From NCBI GenBank assembly GCA_964270895.1, contig OZ185442.1: a DNA stretch of 64,000 bases, one strand, 5' to 3'. The DNA comes from Podarcis filfolensis (lineage: Eukaryota). Positions within the stretch are counted from its first letter, which is position 1; every line of letters starts with the position of its first letter. The translations under genes were made by a program, and so were the position numbers. Below are positions 60,801-64,000 of the stretch, piece after piece. The notes beneath the pieces were generated by a model, which made no database searches, had not been told where the DNA came from, and was given only the letters and a program-made list of their open reading frames with translations.

Positions 60801-61594
60801 TGGTACCCCAAAGCCAATTTATACTAGATTTTCTTGGGGTGCATCATTTTGCTTTTGTTCAGGATGAATAAGGGCCACAGAAAATCCTCCTGAGTTTGAA
60901 TGTGGCTCCCAGTCAGCAACCAAAAGAGGCAGCCCTCTGTTTCCAGTTTCTCTGTTTCCAGTCCTATTACCCTTGTCATCCAGAGAAATGGAGGAAATGT
61001 CAAGTATATAGCAATTTCTCCTCAGTTTTATATCATCCACATATTATTTATCTATCTATCTATCTGAAAGTTTTTTGCAGTGTTGGGAGCCTGGATTCTA
61101 AACCTGCCCTGATGCAGGATGTTCCTCCAGCTTAGCCACACCATCTGAACAAAAACCTACCCACTGTGGAGCCCTAGAAAGGCCTCTCACCTGGGAGAGC
61201 CCTCTGAGCTCTGAAGAGCAATGATATTTGTGTTTCATTGGCTCCCTGACTGAGGAAGGACTAAAAGGGGTCAGACAGAGTAAATTTATAAAATATAAGT
61301 GGAGGGTTGGGTTGAAGGATCAGCACACTGCAATTCACATTTTGAACTGAGCTTGCTAGCCAGTCGTGTCTGCTTTGGTTGCTGTCCAGGGGGGAGTGTT
61401 CACCTCTTCCTTTCCTTCCCCCACAGATTTGTTACGGATGTTTTTTGATTGCCTGTATGATGAGGAGGTGATATCAGAGGATGCCTTCTACAAGTGGGAA
61501 AGCAGCAAAGACCCTGCGGAACAGAACGGGAAAGGCGTAGCATTAAAATCGGTCACGGCATTCTTCACGTGGCTACGAGAAGCCGAAGAGGAGT
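21267..61594 (+). CDS. EIF4G3: Eukaryotic translation initiation factor 4 gamma 3 (eIF4GII), spliced CDS; 30 core exons plus 3 in-frame cassette exons; stop codon hidden in the N-gap
   Basis: The spliced translation runs [10 protein letters not shown]...[13 protein letters not shown]...[26 protein letters not shown]...YDREFLL...[18 protein letters not shown]...[11 protein letters not shown]. It matches remembered human eIF4G3 rather than eIF4G1 (e.g. [35 protein letters not shown]). All junctions are GT-AG with consistent phases; core exons sum to 4774 nt. Confidence 0.98.
25415..25450 (+). CDS. EIF4G3: 36-nt in-frame microexon ([12 protein letters not shown])
   Basis: Long polypyrimidine tract ending ctcctcag|TTT, donor CAG|gtacag; phase 0/0; similar to a remembered mammalian FAAGPRPPHHQ exon. 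Confidence 0.8.
29655..29675 (+). CDS. EIF4G3: 21-nt neural microexon (GGFRPIQ)
   Basis: ttgttgaag|GGA GGA TTC AGA CCC ATC CAG|gtaact; phase 0/0; UGC motifs in the upstream pyrimidine tract; TGCATG at 29696-29701. Confidence 0.93.
30307..30486 (+). CDS. EIF4G3: Exon [10 protein letters not shown]...PQYCIPQ
   Basis: ctccag|TTT ... CAG|gtaagg; 180 nt; phase 0/0. Confidence 0.97.
31391..31511. mobile_element. Palindromic MITE, family copy 4
   Basis: GGGACTGTATCCAGCTAAGTTTTACTCAGAGTAGACCCATC / ATGGATCTCCTCTGAGCAGG...GATACAACCC. Confidence 0.6.
31878..31992 (+). CDS. EIF4G3: Exon [10 protein letters not shown]...EFPNAY(G)
   Basis: tttcag|TAT ... TATG|gtaaga; 115 nt; phase 0/1. Confidence 0.97.
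33470..33573 (+). CDS. EIF4G3: Exon (G)[11 protein letters not shown]...AKREKKT
   Basis: ccgcag|GG ... ACG|gtaaga; 104 nt; phase 1/0. Confidence 0.96.
34104..34226 (+). CDS. EIF4G3: Exon [21 protein letters not shown]...TPTPPQ; PABP-binding site together with the preceding KREKKT
   Basis: tttccag|ATC ... CAG|gtaact; 123 nt; the motif matches the eIF4G PABP-binding peptide. Confidence 0.97.
34894..35002 (+). CDS. EIF4G3: Exon (Q)[10 protein letters not shown]...SDLKQ(E), NAGNAG acceptor
   Basis: atcccag|CAG|CTG ... CAAG|gtgggt; 109 or 106 nt; phase 0/1. Confidence 0.95.
38201..39055 (+). CDS. EIF4G3: Large low-complexity hinge exon (E)[12 protein letters not shown]...KKGPGA
   Basis: ttccccccag|AA ... 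GCAG|gtgagt; 855 nt; same frame as track ORF 38284-39102; contains [13 protein letters not shown]. Confidence 0.95.
42588..42676 (+). CDS. EIF4G3: Exon (A)[29 protein letters not shown]
   Basis: cttgtag|CC ... GAG|gtaaga; 89 nt; phase 1/0; resembles remembered human PKTWKKPKDR. Confidence 0.9.
43562..43814 (+). CDS. EIF4G3: Exon PKAEVEPGG...CQYKP(E)
   Basis: gtttcag|CCT ... CCAG|gtaagt; 253 nt; contains [16 protein letters not shown]. Confidence 0.95.
45316..45449 (+). CDS. EIF4G3: Exon (E)[23 protein letters not shown]...VVLDK; eIF4E-binding YxxxxL-phi motif at 45354-45374
   Basis: attacag|AG ... AAG|gtatgg; 134 nt; TAC GAC CGG GAG TTC CTC TTA = YDREFLL. Confidence 0.98.
45987..46106 (+). 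CDS. EIF4G3: Exon [16 protein letters not shown]...GGRGTP
   Basis: tactaatacag|ATC ... CCT|gtaagt; 120 nt. Confidence 0.97.
46853..46963 (+). CDS. EIF4G3: 111-nt in-frame cassette exon ([37 protein letters not shown])
   Basis: Strong acceptor ttctttttacag|GCC, donor GGG|gtaagc; phase 0/0; same length and CKVQ/CP/SHP/LG pattern as a remembered human EIF4G3 alternative exon. Confidence 0.82.
48978..49148 (+). CDS. EIF4G3: Exon [21 protein letters not shown]...SIKTQ
   Basis: ctcttag|CTG ... CAG|gtgagg; 171 nt. Confidence 0.97.
49999..50196 (+). CDS. EIF4G3: MIF4G (HEAT-1) exon [16 protein letters not shown]...CRCLVT
   Basis: ctttcag|GAG ... ACG|gtaagt; 198 nt. Confidence 0.98.
50748..50894 (+). 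CDS. EIF4G3: MIF4G exon [10 protein letters not shown]...ELEAATT
   Basis: cacacag|CTG ... ACG|gtgagt; 147 nt. Confidence 0.97.
51049..51285 (+). CDS. EIF4G3: MIF4G exon [10 protein letters not shown]...DLDFEKAK
   Basis: ccctcag|CCA ... AAG|gttaga; 237 nt; contains [15 protein letters not shown]. Confidence 0.98.
51775..51879 (+). CDS. EIF4G3: MIF4G exon [13 protein letters not shown]...DVIDLRQ
   Basis: cctctag|CCT ... CAG|gtacgt; 105 nt. Confidence 0.97.
52224..52356 (+). CDS. EIF4G3: Exon [22 protein letters not shown]...EKRRP(G)
   Basis: tccacag|TGT ... CCTG|gtaagt; 133 nt. Confidence 0.97.
52803..52897 (+). CDS. EIF4G3: Exon (G)[17 protein letters not shown]...KITK
   Basis: tttgcag|GT ... 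AAG|gtttgt; 95 nt. Confidence 0.96.
53334..53427 (+). CDS. EIF4G3: Exon [31 protein letters not shown](D)
   Basis: ctttcag|CCC ... ATTG|gtgagt; 94 nt. Confidence 0.97.
54064..54390 (-). mobile_element. Older, degenerate CR1 LINE fragment (ORF2 C-terminus)
   Basis: Minus peptide ...[36 protein letters not shown]; paralogous to the 8189-8731 copy but frameshifted. Confidence 0.85.
54629..54746 (+). CDS. EIF4G3: Exon (D)[16 protein letters not shown]...RRALT(S)
   Basis: cttgcag|AT ... ACTAG|gtaagt; 118 nt; phase 1/2. Confidence 0.96.
54790..54830 (+). repeat. (TAG)13 microsatellite
   Basis: Perfect TAG units 54790-54828 plus TA. Confidence 0.97.
55068..55291 (+). CDS. EIF4G3: Exon (S)[11 protein letters not shown]...AKET(A)
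   Basis: cccacag|T ... ACTG|gtgagc; 224 nt; contains [17 protein letters not shown]. Confidence 0.96.
55405..55764 (+). mobile_element. Full-length Sauria SINE (tRNA-derived, lacertid type) with 12-bp TSD
   Basis: Head GGGACGCGGGTGGCACTGTGG (A-box 55419-55429), B-box GTTCGAATCC (55473-55482), (ACCTTT)2 tail; TSD TAATTTATGTCC at 55393-55404 and 55764-55775; CpGs largely intact. Confidence 0.93.
56089..56204 (+). CDS. EIF4G3: MA3 (HEAT-2) start exon (A)KPEIST...[13 protein letters not shown]
   Basis: ttaacag|CC ... AAG|gtaagg; 116 nt. Confidence 0.97.
56438..56610 (+). CDS. EIF4G3: MA3 exon EAMQCVEEL...QDFFK(G)
   Basis: tggacag|GAA ... AAGGG|gttggt; 173 nt; phase 0/2. Confidence 0.96.
56768..56893 (+). 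CDS. EIF4G3: MA3 exon (G)[25 protein letters not shown]...RELL(T)
   Basis: tccttag|G ... GAC|gtaagc; 126 nt. Confidence 0.97.
57689..57770 (+). CDS. EIF4G3: Exon (T)[27 protein letters not shown]
   Basis: gttgcag|A ... ATG|gtaagt; 82 nt. Confidence 0.97.
58283..58381 (+). CDS. EIF4G3: Exon [21 protein letters not shown]...FLMEQ
   Basis: gttctag|AGC ... CAG|gtgagt; 99 nt. Confidence 0.97.
58631..58777 (+). CDS. EIF4G3: Exon KLDFTETDS...EQIFDWVE (start of W2/HEAT-3)
   Basis: actgcag|AAG ... GAG|gtacaa; 147 nt. Confidence 0.96.
59382..59463 (+). CDS. EIF4G3: W2 exon [27 protein letters not shown](V)
   Basis: atttcag|GCT ... ATAG|gtgagt; 82 nt. Confidence 0.97.
60545..60691 (+). CDS. EIF4G3: W2 exon (V)[17 protein letters not shown]...KLDQPP(N)
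   Basis: tttctag|TG ... CCGA|gtaagt; 147 nt. Confidence 0.97.
61427..61594 (+). CDS. EIF4G3: Last coding exon (N)[24 protein letters not shown]...[11 protein letters not shown]; W2 aromatic/acidic boxes (Mnk-binding C-terminus); truncated by gap
   Basis: cccacag|AT; the frame runs into the N-run at 61595. Confidence 0.97.
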
Positions 61595-61731
61595 NNNNNN
61601 NNNNNNNNNNNNNNNNNNNNNNNNNNNNNNNNNNNNNNNNNNNNNNNNNNNNNNNNNNNNNNNNNNNNNNNNNNNNNNNNNNNNNNNNNNNNNNNNNNNN
61701 NNNNNNNNNNNNNNNNNNNNNNNNNNNNNNN
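61595..61731. other. Assembly gap (137 N) covering the EIF4G3 stop codon
   Basis: Run of n directly after GAG GAG T. Confidence 1.
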
Positions 61732-62076
61732 CCCCCCCTTCCCCCACATGTGCACGAGTGGGAGAGGAGACAAAAAAACCCGATATAAACGCAAAGGCGA
61801 TCATGGAGGACAAAAAGTACTTGAAAATTCAAGTCCACTTCAAACCTGAGGGCAGGAGCACTAAACCAAAATACATCTATTTATAGAAAAATATTTTCTG
61901 TTTTAATCTTTTATTTTTCCTTTTTAAACAAGGACTCCTACTTTAAAAAGAAACAAATCTCTTTAGACAAAAAGTGAGAACTTTAATTTATTATTTTAAG
62001 AACTGCAAATGTCAGTGTAATTTTTAAATTTGCAGTTTCTGTAGCAAATTGTATAATAGACAAAAAAAAACAGATA

Positions 62077-62082
62077 AATAAA
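62077..62082 (+). terminator. Proximal polyadenylation signal AATAAA
   Basis: cagatAAATAAAtttccc in the 3' UTR, with U-rich sequence downstream. Confidence 0.55.
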
Positions 62083-62449
62083 TTTCCCTCCCTTTTCAGA
62101 GCCACCTCAGTTTTGTTTCAAAGCACGGTATCTGTGTATTAAATTCTAAAGGGGTTTGGGAATGAACTAGGATGAGGGAGATGAACTTTTTTTAAAAAAA
62201 GGGAAAAAAATCATCAATTTTTTTCCGCCTGCCTCTCAGCTTGCTTTCCACAATTTAAAAAAATCAAAAGCAACAAAGCATAACCTTGGAGCTGAAGGAA
62301 AACCGCGTTTGAGAAAACGGCTGTGGACCAGACTGCTTGGAAAAATAACTTGCTCAAAGCAAAACAGTGCTATCCTGGAGGAAGAAGAAAAAAGAAGCAG
62401 CAAAAAGTACTAGTGATACTTTCAGAACCTTTAGAGCAACTTTAAGGCT

Positions 62450-62457
62450 TGTAAATA
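62450..62457 (+). promoter_or_regulatory. Pumilio response element UGUAAAUA
   Basis: Exact match to UGUAHAUA between the two poly(A) signals. Confidence 0.55.
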
Positions 62458-62533
62458 CATAGAACAAATATTTAAAAAAAGAAAGAAATTGACTCGATAC
62501 TATTTCTTTTCACTTTCAAAATATAAAGAACAA

Positions 62534-62539
62534 AATAAA
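62534..62539 (+). terminator. Distal polyadenylation signal AATAAA
   Basis: caaAATAAAgacaaaccttgcaagtttaaaa; composition shifts to GC-richer intergenic sequence shortly after, with a GU/U-rich element near 62573-62585. Confidence 0.75.
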
Positions 62540-63970
62540 GACAAACCTTGCAAGTTTAAAAGCACAAGAAAGTGGCTTCTTTTGATGGCAGCTTTGAAGG
62601 TGCCTGGCCCCCTCAAGCCATGGCATGCTGCCTCCCTCGGAGGGGGGGCATTAACATTCCTGACCTGAACTGCCCCCGTGACCTGTTTGCCCAAATCTAT
62701 TGGGCAAGCAGGGAGGGAGGAAGTTAAAGGAGTAAATAAAGAGGAGGTGGGTCACTCTTTGGGAAAGGTTTTGTTACGGATGGATGGATTTTCTGTGCGG
62801 CATGCCAAAGTGTGTTCACCAACCTTTGCACTCTGCTGCAGGTGATTTACAGTGTGCAGAAAGGGTCAGTACGGCTGCAGCTTCCTTGTGAGCATTATCC
62901 TCCAATAAGGTGCTTATTAAATCTCTTTCACCTCCCGCCTGCCCTTAAGGGAGTGTGTTGCTTTCCCTCCCTTTGAGGTGAAAGGAGTGTACATAATGTG
63001 GTTAATGGTTCGCGGTGTCAGAATTTCTGCTTGGCCAATTTTATCCGGTTGGGGGGGTGTGCTATGTCCGCACATCCCAATACACCTCCACGAAGCTTTT
63101 TCCATTTGTAGATTGTTCTCTGTAAAGCACCTCCTCCATCTGAATAAGTTTGATCTCTGTTGGCCGCCTGAGATAACCAGCTGCTGGCTCTCCCTGTGAT
63201 GGCTCATCTGCTCTTAAATGAGCCCCCCCCCCCTCAGGCTGCTATTTGCAATTTGTGGAAGTCTAGGATGGCCTCGCCTTGTCATTCCAAAAGAAAATGC
63301 AAAATAACCCTTGTTTTACTTCATTTGTTACTGGGTTGCTGTGTTTACATGTGATCACCGGAAACTGAAAACTGTTTTAAGTATTGCTGGGGAGGCTTCT
63401 GCAGGAGCAGGCTTTAATCTGATCGTGTTTCAAGGCAAGTCAGGCTGAGGGGGTGCATTTCAAAAGCCTTCTTCTCACTGTACGGTATTTTCCCCCTCTT
63501 AATTTTTTTTTTTTTAAACGGTACAGGAACACTGAGCTCTGCTCCTGACCCTGCCTTCTTCAGCCAAGGAGTGACTGGGTCAGGGCCGCTCACCTTTCCA
63601 TAAGATGAAAATTCTACTGCAGCAGTGGCATAAAGAAGCATTGTTACATCTTCTGTATGGAAAATGGGTGTGATTCAAATTGTTTGCTGCTGAAACTAGT
63701 AGTAACAGAAAAGGAGTTGAGAGTTTTTGTCTTTTTCACTGGGAGCTTTGCAGGGTCCCTGTTACTCTTCACGGCATTGTTAGAAATGAAGGCCTGGTTT
63801 TCTCTGAGCAAGCAGGTGCCAGTCCCGCTAGCATGTTATTTACTCCAGTAAGGTTGACAACCTTGTCCCTGCCTGGCATTGGTCAGTGTTCTTATGGCAA
63901 AGTCAGTGGAGATAAGTAAGTGGGTCCACACTCGCTTCCTTTGAAAGGGAATTGTTCAACCTGTTAAGTA

Positions 63971-64000
63971 CCGTATTTTTCGCTCTATAAGACGCACCAG
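63971..64000. mobile_element. Left end of a Tc1/mariner (pogo/Tigger-like) element, cut by the window edge
   Basis: TA followed by CCGTATTTTTCGCTCTATAAGACGCACC, a typical TA-flanked TIR start; only 30 bp visible. Confidence 0.5.

Larger units (their letters stand above)
61732..62560 (+). other. EIF4G3: EIF4G3 3' UTR
   Basis: AT-rich sequence after the last exon and gap, resembling the remembered human 3' UTR (CACGAGTGGGAGAGG, TAGAAAATATTTTCTGTTTTAATCTTT, TTTAGAGCAACTTTAAGGCTTGTAAATACATAG). The 3' end is estimated from the distal AATAAA. Confidence 0.85.

Noticed and set aside
62640-63960. Possible start of a neighbouring gene after the poly(A) site
   Set aside because: No CpG island, credible exon or recognisable peptide.
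1-64000. U12-type introns, tRNA, rRNA, snoRNA or CRISPR arrays
   Set aside because: All mapped introns are U2-type GT-AG; the only tRNA-like sequence is the SINE head; no spacer-repeat arrays are present.

Overview
This is vertebrate genomic DNA, very probably a lacertid lizard: it carries a Sauria SINE, CR1 and L2 LINE remnants and hAT MITEs. Almost the whole window is one + strand gene, EIF4G3 (eIF4GII). I traced 30 core exons from the [10 protein letters not shown] start (ATG 21267) to the last coding exon. All junctions are GT-AG and phase-consistent, giving 4774 nt (1591 codons) before an N-gap at 61595-61731 that hides the stop codon. The PABP site, eIF4E motif (YDREFLL), MIF4G, MA3 and W2 domains and a 3' UTR with two AATAAA signals are all recognisable. 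The first exon(s) and main promoter lie upstream of the window. The most interesting layer is the N-terminus. Two further upstream exons plus the 5' part of the start exon form an AUG-less in-frame extension of 90 codons. Two unannotated-looking candidate exons (930-1045 and 13611-13715) each end in an ATG that splices in frame into that extension; the first overlaps the stop of a strong-context uORF (AUGA). There are also a 36-nt microexon followed by QKI motifs, the 21-nt neural GGFRPIQ microexon with UGC and RBFOX motifs, a 111-nt Cys-containing cassette exon and several candidate truncating exons. Comparisons with human EIF4G3 are from memory; no database search was run. There are no rRNA, tRNA or CRISPR features.
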